NCBI GenBank assembly: GCA_035526025.1
Contig: DATLDE010000005.1
Coordinates: 125,690 to 189,689 of the forward strand
Reading direction: 5' to 3'
DNA: 64,000 nucleotides
DNA from: Candidatus Limnocylindrales bacterium
Lineage (GTDB): Bacteria > Patescibacteriota > Microgenomatia > Levybacterales > UBA12049
Below, in pieces: positions 38,029 through 48,242 of this stretch. How positions within the stretch are numbered: the first letter of the stretch is position 1; every line of letters starts with the position of its first letter. The notes below the pieces were generated by a model that had not been told where the DNA came from, searched no databases, and saw only the letters and a list, made by a program, of their open reading frames with translations. A program made the position numbers and the translations under genes.

Positions 38029-38484
38029 TTATTTTTCTGCTATTTCTTTAAGCTTCTGAAGTGCCGGGGGCCACATATCTTCAAACATTTTACTCATTTC
38101 ATCATTTATATCTATATCTACTTCTACTGTTGTTATGCCATCTTTCTCAGTCATTGTATAATTCTCATGTGCTCCGGCCCAAGATTTCACGCTCTCACTA
38201 GTCGTATCCTCTACGCCATCATTTATTACACCGAGATGCTCAATAGACATGAATTCAGGCTTTTTGTTAACTTCAATCCGACTTACCATCCCACCTACTT
38301 TTCCTGTCTTTTCGTCCGGCCCGAGAAATAACATCTTCGATCCCTCACTCCAATCACCCTCAAAATAAGACCCGCCTGGATTAAACACGCTGGTCCACTC
38401 GCGGTATGTAACGTCCCCCAACATCGTATCCCAGACTTTTTCCCTGGGTGCATTAATATCTATATTGAAATGCAATTTCGCCAT
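38029..38484 (-). CDS. SRPBCC domain protein
   Basis: IDINAPREKVW...WPPALQKLKEIAE. Confidence 0.85.
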   Translation of the reverse strand: MAKLHFNIDINAPREKVWDTMLGDVTYREWTSVFNPGGSYFEGDWSEGSKMLFLGPDEKTGKVGGMVSRIEVNKKPEFMSIEHLGVINDGVEDTTSESVKSWAGAHENYTMTEKDGITTVEVDIDINDEMSKMFEDMWPPALQKLKEIAEK

Positions 38485-38539
38485 AGCTTTATTCTAAACA
38501 ATATTTATTAGATTCTAGTAAGAATTAATTACGCAAACA

Positions 38540-39484
38540 CTAAATGGATAGATCATCATACCTTGCACTATTTGACTTAAGAAACGCGTTTACTTCTGAT
38601 GGGTGTTCTTTTTTAAATTGCTCAAGCTGTCCCAATGTGGGAATTGATTCAATGCCCACGCCACTCAGTGCTGCAATTTTCACTGCTGAAAAAAAAGCAG
38701 CATATACTCCGGCTTCTATAGCACTCCCGGATTTTATAAACTTTGCAATAAATGCCGCAGCAAATGAGTCCCCGGCCCCTGTAAAATCCTTAATTTCATC
38801 CTCCTTAAGAAAAAATGCATTAATAGTCGTATCCATACCACCCTGATAAACGATAGCACCCATTCTGCCTCTAGTAAGAACCGTGATTGGAGAAGCGCTT
38901 GTAATTCTATCGAGCAAGCTATCATCGATTATCCCCCCTATCGCGATATCCTCCTCACTCAGTATTGTGATTGCCGCAGCGGATAAATCTTCTTCAAATC
39001 CGCTCCATTCTCTCTGAAATACTGTCCCGTCTTCATTTGTATCCCGGAAATACCCCTGTGGAGTTACAACCACTAATCCGTATTTCGCAAGATATGGAAT
39101 AGAACGGGTATCAACCTCACCCATTACAGATGCTACAAGAAAAACAGTGTTCCTAAAATTATCTGCTGGAATATTTTTCAACTCTGTTGCTGTAATATCT
39201 TCCTGTCTATCAAGAAGCACTTGTTTTCTTTCTCCAAATGGTCCATACCTATTTGTAAACGTGGTAATTCCATCGTATTCTGTGGGAAGTGTGAGAACAC
39301 TGATACCCCGCTTTACAAGTGTGTCTGTGAACCTATGCCCTTCCGGTAGTTTTGTAATCACTTGAACCTCCAGTCCTAGGTTCCGAGCCGCAATTCCAGC
39401 ATATGACACTCCCCCTCCAATAACATTTACAGGCTCTGCCGTATCCTCTACTACATGTCCAACTGCAACCAAACGCTCTATCAT
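38540..39484 (-). CDS. PfkB-family carbohydrate kinase
   Basis: GGGVSY, LTRGRMG, DFTGAGDSFAAAF. Confidence 0.9.
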   Translation of the reverse strand: MIERLVAVGHVVEDTAEPVNVIGGGVSYAGIAARNLGLEVQVITKLPEGHRFTDTLVKRGISVLTLPTEYDGITTFTNRYGPFGERKQVLLDRQEDITATELKNIPADNFRNTVFLVASVMGEVDTRSIPYLAKYGLVVVTPQGYFRDTNEDGTVFQREWSGFEEDLSAAAITILSEEDIAIGGIIDDSLLDRITSASPITVLTRGRMGAIVYQGGMDTTINAFFLKEDEIKDFTGAGDSFAAAFIAKFIKSGSAIEAGVYAAFFSAVKIAALSGVGIESIPTLGQLEQFKKEHPSEVNAFLKSNSARYDDLSI

Positions 39485-39517
39485 ATTTTGGATTATAACA
39501 AATTGAGAAGATGTAAT

Positions 39518-40753
39518 TTACATTTGTCCAGAAAGTGCATTCCAGAACATCTCTTCGGCAGTTTTTAATGAATAGTGTCCGCTGGCCCACCTCAAGGCCT
39601 GCTGCTGCAAAGATCTAAGCAGTTCGCTGTCTTGCATCTGGTGCAATAATCTCCGTGCCAATTCCTCAGGGGAATCTACAATATCCCCAACAGCATATGG
39701 AGGATTTTGAATAATTTCACTGGCTGCCTTATTATCTGTGCGCGTTATTACCGTCATCCCTGCAGACATCGCTTCAACAGCCACTCTCCCAAACCCATCC
39801 GATGGAGATGGGTGAAAAAGAACGTCATATGCATTATATATCTTCTGCAATCCAACTCTATCAAATTTCCCCAGATAACGAAATGTGATCGAATCAGCGT
39901 GGCGAATATCACCTGTACGATCTACGACTGCATTTATCTCTTCCATTACTCTGGCAACATATTCCTCTTGACCATCTATAATCTGTCCGGCTACGGCCAC
40001 TTGTAATTTTCTGTATGGACTTTCAGGAGATATAAACCTGCGCTCTTTCCGTAGGGATTCAATCAGCTTTGGAAGCCAACTAAGCCCACGCTCGCTGCTT
40101 AATCTAGTAACAATTAACACTCCAAGCTCATCATCGTCAAGATACTTACGTCGCTCATGAACTGCTCCCTCTGAGCTGCGTACTGCAGGAGAAAATTCTC
40201 CTCCTATCTGTTCCGGAATAACTCTAATGTTGTTGTGGATTCCGATATTTTCAAGTGATGAAACAAGCGCTTCTGAAACAACCAAATTAGACGAAACGTT
40301 ATTTCCAACGTATCGCTGCATACGCTGCTGAATGCCCTTTACAGCCTTTCTTGCTTGAGCCTTGAGAGGTCTCTCTTCACGAATAGCTGTTGTCCGATCC
40401 ACCTCCGCACGCCAGAGTGCATGGGATCTTCTACGTAAAGACTTAGGAAGTGCCAAAAATAGCGATCCTGTGTAGAAATCCGGATGATTAATAATAAGAT
40501 GCTCGGGATCATATCTTTCAATTTCTAGCGCAACTCGCCTGGCCTCCATCGGTGACGGAAGATATTGATGAGAAAACGGAATTTTTACTGATGGAGTTCG
40601 CCTACTATTAACAACTAATGATGAGGCGTCATGAGGTGTCACTAAAAACCAGTCTGTTCCAAACTCAAACATATTTTTAGTACTTTCCTGAGATCCCCCT
40701 TTAATAGCAAAGTTTATATCTCCAACAAGAGCGGTTCTTCTTTCTGCCAACAT
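39518..40753 (-). CDS. GT4-family glycosyltransferase
   Basis: YNAYDVLFHPSPSDGFGRVAVEAMSAG. Confidence 0.85.
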   Translation of the reverse strand: MLAERRTALVGDINFAIKGGSQESTKNMFEFGTDWFLVTPHDASSLVVNSRRTPSVKIPFSHQYLPSPMEARRVALEIERYDPEHLIINHPDFYTGSLFLALPKSLRRRSHALWRAEVDRTTAIREERPLKAQARKAVKGIQQRMQRYVGNNVSSNLVVSEALVSSLENIGIHNNIRVIPEQIGGEFSPAVRSSEGAVHERRKYLDDDELGVLIVTRLSSERGLSWLPKLIESLRKERRFISPESPYRKLQVAVAGQIIDGQEEYVARVMEEINAVVDRTGDIRHADSITFRYLGKFDRVGLQKIYNAYDVLFHPSPSDGFGRVAVEAMSAGMTVITRTDNKAASEIIQNPPYAVGDIVDSPEELARRLLHQMQDSELLRSLQQQALRWASGHYSLKTAEEMFWNALSGQM

Positions 40754-40932
40754 TTGGCAAGAAGTATAGCATATTATAGGTTGTTTCTCAAGATATGCTT
40801 AACTGATTCGGCAAGAATTGGCTTTACAAATTTTTTAATCTTTCAGTTTTTATGAAAAATACATGCAGTTGAAAACATGAAGATTAACAGAGGGAATTAA
40901 CAGATTTATTCTTTATCAAAAAATAGGTGCTC

Positions 40933-41238
40933 TTATTTTACTTCAGATTCAAGCCATAAGAGATAAGGCTTATTGACCTTTGATACATTAATCTGAATAA
41001 CCTCAGGAACTTCATAACCGGAATTTTTCTGTATAAATTCTTCGACATTTCCAAAGTTTTCTTTCTTTGTCTTCATAATCATCATCGTTTCATTTCCCTC
41101 TTCAATCTTTCCCTTCCACCAAAATGCTGATTCTATGGGAAATAAATTGTAACAGACAATTAGTCTGTGCGTTAGCAAACCCTTACCTATCTTTTGAGCA
41201 TCTTCCTTTTTATGAATCGTTGTAACAATTAGTACCAT
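40933..41238 (-). CDS. cutA: Divalent-cation tolerance protein CutA
   Basis: SAFWWKGKIE...MKT...YEVPEVI...YLLWL. Confidence 0.9.
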   Translation of the reverse strand: MVLIVTTIHKKEDAQKIGKGLLTHRLIVCYNLFPIESAFWWKGKIEEGNETMMIMKTKKENFGNVEEFIQKNSGYEVPEVIQINVSKVNKPYLLWLESEVK

Positions 41239-41287
41239 AATATTTATTTTACCATAGAACTAAAATCATGTAGTATTATTTATAGAT

Positions 41288-43231
41288 ATGATTGGTGCTT
41301 TGCTTTTATCTATAATTCCCACTTTTATAGCTTCTGTTCTTGTCAAAAAAACTAATCTCAAACTAAAAAGCAATTATCTCAAGCTTTCACTATATTGGCT
41401 TACCGGACAGTACTTATTTACCATTTCAGTATTTCTTCTCGCCCAATCTTTGAGCTTTCTGACAACAGGCGTACTACTCAAAGCTTCAGTGATTGTCTTA
41501 TTAATGTTGATGCTGTCTCTCCTATTTTTACATAAAAATGTCTTGGAATTAATCAACAAAGCTCTCAAATACTTAAACCATTTTCCCATACTAACGACTG
41601 CGATAATTACCGCTTTTTGCCTGCTTTTTTCTTTTTTCTTTTTTACTCCCCACTTAAATTATGAGAACAGCACAATACTTACAAGCCCGGTTTACTGGGA
41701 TTTTCACTGGCATGCAGCTTTAATTCAAAATTTTACACTTGGAGACAATTTCCCACCACAAAATGAAGCGTTTGCTGGAGTTGTGCATACTTATCATTAT
41801 TTCTGGGCTGTACTTACCGGGATTTATAGTGTACTGGGCCTGAGTCTAGTCGATGCAATAAATTTTTATAGCGTTGTCTCCTTTTTCTTTGTACTTATAA
41901 CCATCGTCGGACTAAGTCAAGAATTCTTTAAAAATAAATTAACTGGCTTAATTGCAATTGCATTAACTCTAACTTCAAGCAGTCTTCACTTCATTGATTA
42001 TTTAATCGAGAACAAAAATGAAAATTTATTCTCTATTATAAAAAATATTTTTCTAGACACTCAACACCCATGGTTTGCATCATTTACAACCGCAAAACAC
42101 GACTTCTATTATAATGGAACATTTTTCAACTTATTTTATTTTATCGAAGAACGGCAAATGATAATCGGGGCTCTATACTTCCTGATATCTGCATGTCTCC
42201 TTTACAAGCGCAAAGAAATACCATATTTCTTACTTTTTCCTATCGGCATATTCATGGGGGGATTTTTCCTATGGCATCTTCACCTGACCATAAGCGTACT
42301 CTTGGCTTTGATTTTTTTACTTATATTTGATGATGAACGAAAAGAAACATTTTTAATTTTATCAGGATTTTTATTAATTTTTTTCGCTCACTTAATATAT
42401 ATAAAAATGGCTACTGCTTCCCCATGGTTCACAGATACCAAAGGTTTTCCACAGCTAAATTTAGGATTCTCAGATCAGGAAAACAAAGCTTTCTCTTTAT
42501 TGCATTCTATGATCTGGTATACCTATTCTTATGGAATTAAAATTATTTTGTTTCCGGTGAGCTTGCTACTTATAAAGTTTAAAAACAAAAAACTATTTCT
42601 TGTTTTTTGCGCTTTTATCATACCCACATTCTTATTATTAAATACTGTTCAACTTTCCCCCGGTTCTATCTATGAAAATCATAAATGGCTAAGACCAATG
42701 AATTTATTCATAGATTTAGTTGTTGCATACGGAGTATACGAGCTTTTCTTCAAACGAAAAAAGTATTTATTATATTTGCCGGGAGCTGCAGTAGTTTTAC
42801 TATTAACTATTTCAGGATTTATAGAGTTGATGCCATTTCTGAATTCCCGTCCGACATATGCTTATTCCAAATTCCCCTCTACAGTCAGCAGTGCGATTAC
42901 TTCGCGCACAAAACCAGATGATGTATTTCTTACCGAAGACGCAAATACAGTTCAGCTTTCAGGAAGAAAAGCGTTTTTAGGAGATGTTCTTGGGGGAGGA
43001 TTGGGCCTTAATATAGAGAAAAGACAAGAAATAACTGATGAAATATATGATTCATCCAACAAAGATAGTTTTTGCACTATAATCTTAAATTATAAAATTG
43101 ACTATGTTATCTATGATAATTCGATTCGATTATTGCCCTCCTACTTGGAAAAAAGTTCATACTTTTCTGAAAATGATGACCATGAGAATAAGATTACTTT
43201 CTTGGATATTAAGAAAAGCTGTAAACCTTAG
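41288..43231 (+). CDS. Polytopic membrane protein, GT-C glycosyltransferase-like
   Basis: More than 12 TM; DFHWH...FPPQN..FAG...YHYF loop; IDYVI C-terminal domain. Confidence 0.6.
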   Translation: MIGALLLSIIPTFIASVLVKKTNLKLKSNYLKLSLYWLTGQYLFTISVFLLAQSLSFLTTGVLLKASVIVLLMLMLSLLFLHKNVLELINKALKYLNHFPILTTAIITAFCLLFSFFFFTPHLNYENSTILTSPVYWDFHWHAALIQNFTLGDNFPPQNEAFAGVVHTYHYFWAVLTGIYSVLGLSLVDAINFYSVVSFFFVLITIVGLSQEFFKNKLTGLIAIALTLTSSSLHFIDYLIENKNENLFSIIKNIFLDTQHPWFASFTTAKHDFYYNGTFFNLFYFIEERQMIIGALYFLISACLLYKRKEIPYFLLFPIGIFMGGFFLWHLHLTISVLLALIFLLIFDDERKETFLILSGFLLIFFAHLIYIKMATASPWFTDTKGFPQLNLGFSDQENKAFSLLHSMIWYTYSYGIKIILFPVSLLLIKFKNKKLFLVFCAFIIPTFLLLNTVQLSPGSIYENHKWLRPMNLFIDLVVAYGVYELFFKRKKYLLYLPGAAVVLLLTISGFIELMPFLNSRPTYAYSKFPSTVSSAITSRTKPDDVFLTEDANTVQLSGRKAFLGDVLGGGLGLNIEKRQEITDEIYDSSNKDSFCTIILNYKIDYVIYDNSIRLLPSYLEKSSYFSENDDHENKITFLDIKKSCKP

Positions 43232-45600
43232 GATGGCATTGGCGCATGAAGAACTTCACGAGTTGACGTAGGTTCACTATCAGCAGATCTTGCTTTGGGC
43301 AATGGCCTCGTAAGGGCAATTTCCAGAACCTCATCAATCTGTGAAACGAATTTAAAGGTTAAATCGTTTAATACTTCTTTTGGAATATCTTCAAGATCTT
43401 TTTTATTTTCTTTTGGTACTATAATTGTTTTCAGTCCTGCTCTATGGGCTGCTATAACTTTCTCTTTTAATCCCCCAATTTCCAGAACCCGTCCCCTGAG
43501 AGTCGCCTCTCCTGTCATCCCAACTTTTCTATGAACCGGGATTTTAGTGAGGGCCGAAACAATTGCTGTAGTTATGGCAGCACCTGCTGATGGGCCATCT
43601 TTTGGTACTGCTCCTTCTGGGACATGAACATGGATATCTGTTTTTTGAAATGTTTTATCTGATATTCCCATGAGATGTGCACGTGAGCGGATATAGGAAA
43701 GTGCAGCTTGCGCGGATTCTTTCATCACATCCCCCAATTGACCTGTCAAAGTCAGAACGCCTTTCCCAGGCATAAGTGCCACTTCAATGAATAATATATC
43801 TCCCCCTGCTTCAGTCCATGCGAGACCGGTTGACATTCCTATCTCGTCTTTTTTCTCAATCATGGTACTTGTAAATTTAACAGGACCCAAGTATTTTTGC
43901 ATATCGGATGAATTTACTGTAACTTTTGCTTTCTCACCCTCTGCCACTTTCTTGGCAATTTTTCTAAACACTGTTGCCATCTTACGCTCTAGATTTCGAA
44001 CTCCGGCTTCTCTTGTATAATGATGGATCATGAATTTAAGCGCATCATCTTTCAGATCTACTTTCTCAAGAGATAATCCGTGATTCTCAAGTGTTTTCTT
44101 TAACAAAAAGTTCTTTGCAATCTTAAATTTCTCATCATGTGTGTAACCTGCAAAATGTATGATTTCAAGTCTATCCCGAAGAGCCGGGGGTATAGTGTCC
44201 AATACATTTGCAGTAGTGATAAACATCACATTTGAAAGATCAAATGGAACCTCAAGATAATGATCTGAAAATTGTCCATTCTGTTCAGGATCTAGTGCCT
44301 CAAGTAACGCACTGGATGGATCACCTCTGAAATCAGAACCTACTTTATCTATCTCATCAAGCATAAATACAGGATTTTTTGTTCCGGCGTCTTTAATACC
44401 TTGAATTATTCTTCCAGGAAGCGCTCCTACATATGTTCTTCTGTGTCCTCGTATTTCTGCCTCGTCCCTGATTCCGCCAAGTGATACGCGTACAAATTTA
44501 CGTCCCAGTGCTCTTGCAATTGATTTCCCAATTGAAGTCTTACCAACTCCTGGAGGCCCTGAAAAACACAGAATAGGCCCTTTCATTTTTCCTGATAATT
44601 TATAAACAGCCAGATATTCTGTAATTCTCTCTTTTGCTTTTTGAAGTCCAAAATGATCCTCATCCAGAATTTTTTCAGCTGTCTTAATCTCAGCAACGTC
44701 ACGACTTTCATTACTCCAAGGAAGTCCCACCATCAAATCCAGATAATTTCTGATGTACCCTGCTTCTGGATTAAATTGATTCATGTTCTGAAGCTTTCCG
44801 AGCTCTTTCTTGGCTTTCTCCTCAACATCTTCAGGCATTTTCGCGTCTTTTATCTTATTCAGAAGCATTCTGATCTCTGAATTTTCTTCTTTTTCACCCA
44901 GTTCTTCTTCTATTGTTCTAAGGCGTTCTCTAAGCATTGCTTCACGAGCTCCTTTCTCAAATCTTTCCTGAGTCTTTGATGCGATTCGTCTTTCCAGTTC
45001 TAAAATCTTGATTTCTTTTGCTAGAAGTTCAGTGATTTTTACCAATCGTACTTTGACATCTGTGATCTCAAGCAGCTCTTGTTTTTCCTGAGGCTTGAGA
45101 TTTAAGGCACTTGCCACCAAATCTGAAAGCTCAGAGGGGGTATTTTCTGACATTATGTTCATAAATAGCAGAAAATCAGCTGACTTTCCAAAATTCATGG
45201 CTTTTCTGAACTCATTGGTCAGGTGATTACAAAGCGCTTTAATTTCCTCAGATTCTTCATAAATTTCAGGAATTTCCTTAACTTTGGCCATGAAGTATGA
45301 GTCATGTCTTTCGTATGACAGTATTTCAACTCTGGCCAATCCCTTTACCTGCGCGTTGATCTCCCCATCTGTTTTGATCATTCTTTCAATCCTTGAGAGT
45401 GTACCAATCTGGTGTAACTCCTCAGGAGTAGGATCATTTAGCCTGGCGTTCTTCTGCAAAACAAAGCAAACAATTCTCTCTTTTTGAAATGCTGACTCTA
45501 ATGCGGCAAGGCTTTTAGGTCGTCCAAAGGTAAGAACAGAATCAGTGCTGGGGAATATTATGCCATCTCTTATTGGGATTATAGGTACTATTTTTTCCAT
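43228..45600 (-). CDS. lon: ATP-dependent protease La
   Basis: GPPGVGKT, RRTYVGALPG, PKDGPSAG, IGGLKEK. Confidence 0.98.
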   Translation of the reverse strand: MEKIVPIIPIRDGIIFPSTDSVLTFGRPKSLAALESAFQKERIVCFVLQKNARLNDPTPEELHQIGTLSRIERMIKTDGEINAQVKGLARVEILSYERHDSYFMAKVKEIPEIYEESEEIKALCNHLTNEFRKAMNFGKSADFLLFMNIMSENTPSELSDLVASALNLKPQEKQELLEITDVKVRLVKITELLAKEIKILELERRIASKTQERFEKGAREAMLRERLRTIEEELGEKEENSEIRMLLNKIKDAKMPEDVEEKAKKELGKLQNMNQFNPEAGYIRNYLDLMVGLPWSNESRDVAEIKTAEKILDEDHFGLQKAKERITEYLAVYKLSGKMKGPILCFSGPPGVGKTSIGKSIARALGRKFVRVSLGGIRDEAEIRGHRRTYVGALPGRIIQGIKDAGTKNPVFMLDEIDKVGSDFRGDPSSALLEALDPEQNGQFSDHYLEVPFDLSNVMFITTANVLDTIPPALRDRLEIIHFAGYTHDEKFKIAKNFLLKKTLENHGLSLEKVDLKDDALKFMIHHYTREAGVRNLERKMATVFRKIAKKVAEGEKAKVTVNSSDMQKYLGPVKFTSTMIEKKDEIGMSTGLAWTEAGGDILFIEVALMPGKGVLTLTGQLGDVMKESAQAALSYIRSRAHLMGISDKTFQKTDIHVHVPEGAVPKDGPSAGAAITTAIVSALTKIPVHRKVGMTGEATLRGRVLEIGGLKEKVIAAHRAGLKTIIVPKENKKDLEDIPKEVLNDLTFKFVSQIDEVLEIALTRPLPKARSADSEPTSTREVLHAPMPS

Positions 45601-45636
45601 ACTTTTATCTAATTCATATTGAGTTCAATCGAACTA

Positions 45637-45670
45637 TTAGCAATCTATCACAGTATCTGCTAATTGTCAA
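45637..45670 (-). promoter_or_regulatory. CIRCE-like operator and TTGACA -35 upstream of lon
   Basis: TTAGCAATC-N9-ATCTGCTAA vs consensus TTAGCACTC-N9-GAGTGCTAA. Confidence 0.6.
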
Positions 45671-45720
45671 CTATGTCAAAACCAATCACATTAAACCACT
45701 ATATTCAAGATCTGTCAATC

Positions 45721-46341
45721 TCACTTTTCGCGGGCTTCTGCATATACAACAGTTCTTGTTGAGTAAAGTTTTGTCTTGTTATTCCAAGTTCCACTACAGG
45801 TAATTAGATTGAGCAGGGACTTGTCTGATGTGGCAGCATAAATCTCCTGAAGCGGAACTTTATCAAATTCATATTCGACTTTTTTAATTACTGAATATGA
45901 AAATTCATTACCATCAGCATCAGTTACAGATATTTCGTCACCCGCGTCAAGTTTCTTCAGGTCCCAAAATACAGCTGGTGATCCATTTACCTTATCAAAA
46001 TGACCTGAAATAACAGCGCTACCTTTATTCCCGGGTCTTGTTCCCAAGCTATACCAAACTACATTATCCGGGTCATCAGGCAATATAGGCTTTTTTTGCT
46101 CATCAAGCCCTGCAGCCTCAACCGCTGTATCAATTTTTATTTTAGGAATAGCTAATCTTTTAGGCATTCCAGCCTCAATCTTTTTTTCCTGGACAACAGG
46201 TGGAACATCAATTTGATTTTCATCAACATTATTTTCTGCAATCCTATCCTGAACCACAGGCTGGTGGGATACACTTAAACCAGTTTTTATACCAAAGAAT
46301 GAAAAAACTGCGATCAATAATATAAATAATATTTTTTTCAT
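45721..46341 (-). CDS. Class F sortase
   Basis: RLAIPKI, VVWY..GTRPG.KGSAVISGH, LNLITC...R. Confidence 0.9.
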   Translation of the reverse strand: MKKILFILLIAVFSFFGIKTGLSVSHQPVVQDRIAENNVDENQIDVPPVVQEKKIEAGMPKRLAIPKIKIDTAVEAAGLDEQKKPILPDDPDNVVWYSLGTRPGNKGSAVISGHFDKVNGSPAVFWDLKKLDAGDEISVTDADGNEFSYSVIKKVEYEFDKVPLQEIYAATSDKSLLNLITCSGTWNNKTKLYSTRTVVYAEAREK

Positions 46342-46383
46342 AAAATTACTTAAATTTAATTAAAAATGTTTTTTAAAAGCCTT

Positions 46384-46416
46384 ACAAGATGCAACGACAT
46401 AATATCATTGCATCTT
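46384..46416. terminator. Hairpin downstream of small exported protein gene
   Basis: CAAGATGCAA...TTGCATCTTG. Confidence 0.55.
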
Positions 46417-46439
46417 GCTTGCTCTTTCAAATCATTACA

Positions 46440-46616
46440 TTAGTTAGCCCTTCCAGTTGCCGGCGCTGTTGCTGGTACTGTTGTTGATGGACTTGGTGTA
46501 ACGGTTGTATTTGTTGTGTTAGTTGTAGTTGTCGGTGCCTGTGCAAATGTCATAGTAGCTGCTGCTAATGCTGAAATTGCGAATGCACCTGTTGCTAATG
46601 CTGCTTTTTTTATCAT
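46440..46616 (-). CDS. Small Thr-rich exported protein ending APATGRAN (possible sortase F substrate)
   Basis: AGGAGGTG SD; signal peptide ending TFA; PATG at C-terminus; upstream of sortase. Confidence 0.7.
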   Translation of the reverse strand: MIKKAALATGAFAISALAAATMTFAQAPTTTTNTTNTTVTPSPSTTVPATAPATGRAN

Positions 46617-46832
46617 GATATCACCTCCTTTCAAAAATAGAATTATACATATAAATTCTTTGAAAAATCTTCCTACCTTGAACCAATTCTTGGTAAGGGG
46701 AAGTTGATTTTAGGTTGTCAAAAACCTGATAAGAGCATTAATTATGCTAACAACTTTTTAACATCTAGTCAACCCACTATAGCTTTTTCTTACAACTGCC
46801 TTACATTTTTCTGTCGCTCCAGTAGAGAGTGG

Positions 46833-48233
46833 TTATATTTCATGGATTCTCTGGAGCAGGAATTCTTTATTATTCTTCTCCAAATCCTCATCTACCTCTT
46901 CAAAGAGTTTTTGAAGGATTTCACCAATCTTGGGTCCGGGTTTTATCTTAAGTTCCTTCATGATATCTTTTCCATCAATTGCTAAGTCATTTATCGAAAA
47001 AGGTGCAGGCGCCATTTGTTCATCAAGTCGCTTTTTAAATAACTTAAGCCTCCATGATTCAGCAGTCTGAGTTCCACCACCCAATCTGTCCCCAACTCTT
47101 AGATCCATCATATCCTTAACATTTTCAACACCAATTCGTCTGATAAAACGCCTGACTGCGCTGTCAGTTATATGCTCATCAACCGTGAACATATGCCACC
47201 TAACAAGCTTTATGATCTTTTCCTGCTCTTTTTTTGAGAATCGAAGCCTTTCTGTAACGTTACGTGCGATTTTTGCGCCTGCGATTTCATGATTGTGAAA
47301 TATTACAAGTCCGTCATTATCACTATTTTTTACTTTTGGTTTGCCGATATCATGAATTAAAGTTGCAAAACGAACAATGGGATCAGTTGAAGTTGTAAAC
47401 TTTAAAGATAACACATTATGCGTGAAAACATCATCTACATGGTGCCTGCCCGGGCGCATCTGAGATATGCCTATTCCCTCCTCAAGCTCAGGCAAGATCA
47501 GGGATAATAGCCCGGTGTTTTTTAGCAGCATAATACCCTCATAAGGAAATTCACTAGCAAGAATCTTCATCAATTCGTCTCTGACTCTCTCAAATGCGAT
47601 ATTTTTCAGCAACCCTGCGTCCTGCGTGATTGCTTCTAGAGTTTCTTCTTCGATTGAAAATCCTAGTTGACTTGCAAACCTAATTGCCCGCATCAATCTC
47701 AGGGCATCTTCCTTAAAACGCAGGTCTGGGTCCCCAACTGCCCTAATTATATTTTTTTTCAAATCCTCTTGCCCGTTATATGGATCAATAATATTATAAT
47801 CAGGCAGTTTACCCTGAGTGAGCGAAGCGAGTCGAAGGGCCATTGCATTTATCGTAAAATCCCGTCTTCCCAAATCCTCCTCCACCGTTTTGCCCCATTC
47901 AACTTTATCCGGATGGCGACTGTCTTTGTATCCTTTTTCTGTTCGAAATGTAGTTACCTCAACAAGTCCTTTATGTTCAGTCTCAGGCAAGTCAGGCGCT
48001 TTGATCCCGACCGTCCCAAAATTATTTTCATATAAGGAATCAGGAAAAAGCACTAGCATTTGCTCAGGAGTTGCGCTGGTTGTTAAATCCCAATCAGTTA
48101 CTTTTCGATTATTTAGTAAATCCCGGACACTTCCACCAACTAAAAAGATTTCATATCCAGCACTTGAAAATTTTTCTACAATTTCATGTATGTGAGGTGG
48201 TATTTTATCAGTCATCTTGTTATAGTATAGCAA
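46833..48233 (-). CDS. cca: CCA-adding tRNA nucleotidyltransferase with HD domain
   Basis: VGGSVRD, DWDLTT, RRDFTINA, EDALRLMRAIRF, LIHDIGKP. Confidence 0.93.
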   Translation of the reverse strand: MLYYNKMTDKIPPHIHEIVEKFSSAGYEIFLVGGSVRDLLNNRKVTDWDLTTSATPEQMLVLFPDSLYENNFGTVGIKAPDLPETEHKGLVEVTTFRTEKGYKDSRHPDKVEWGKTVEEDLGRRDFTINAMALRLASLTQGKLPDYNIIDPYNGQEDLKKNIIRAVGDPDLRFKEDALRLMRAIRFASQLGFSIEEETLEAITQDAGLLKNIAFERVRDELMKILASEFPYEGIMLLKNTGLLSLILPELEEGIGISQMRPGRHHVDDVFTHNVLSLKFTTSTDPIVRFATLIHDIGKPKVKNSDNDGLVIFHNHEIAGAKIARNVTERLRFSKKEQEKIIKLVRWHMFTVDEHITDSAVRRFIRRIGVENVKDMMDLRVGDRLGGGTQTAESWRLKLFKKRLDEQMAPAPFSINDLAIDGKDIMKELKIKPGPKIGEILQKLFEEVDEDLEKNNKEFLLQRIHEI

Positions 48234-48242
48234 ACAAAATAT

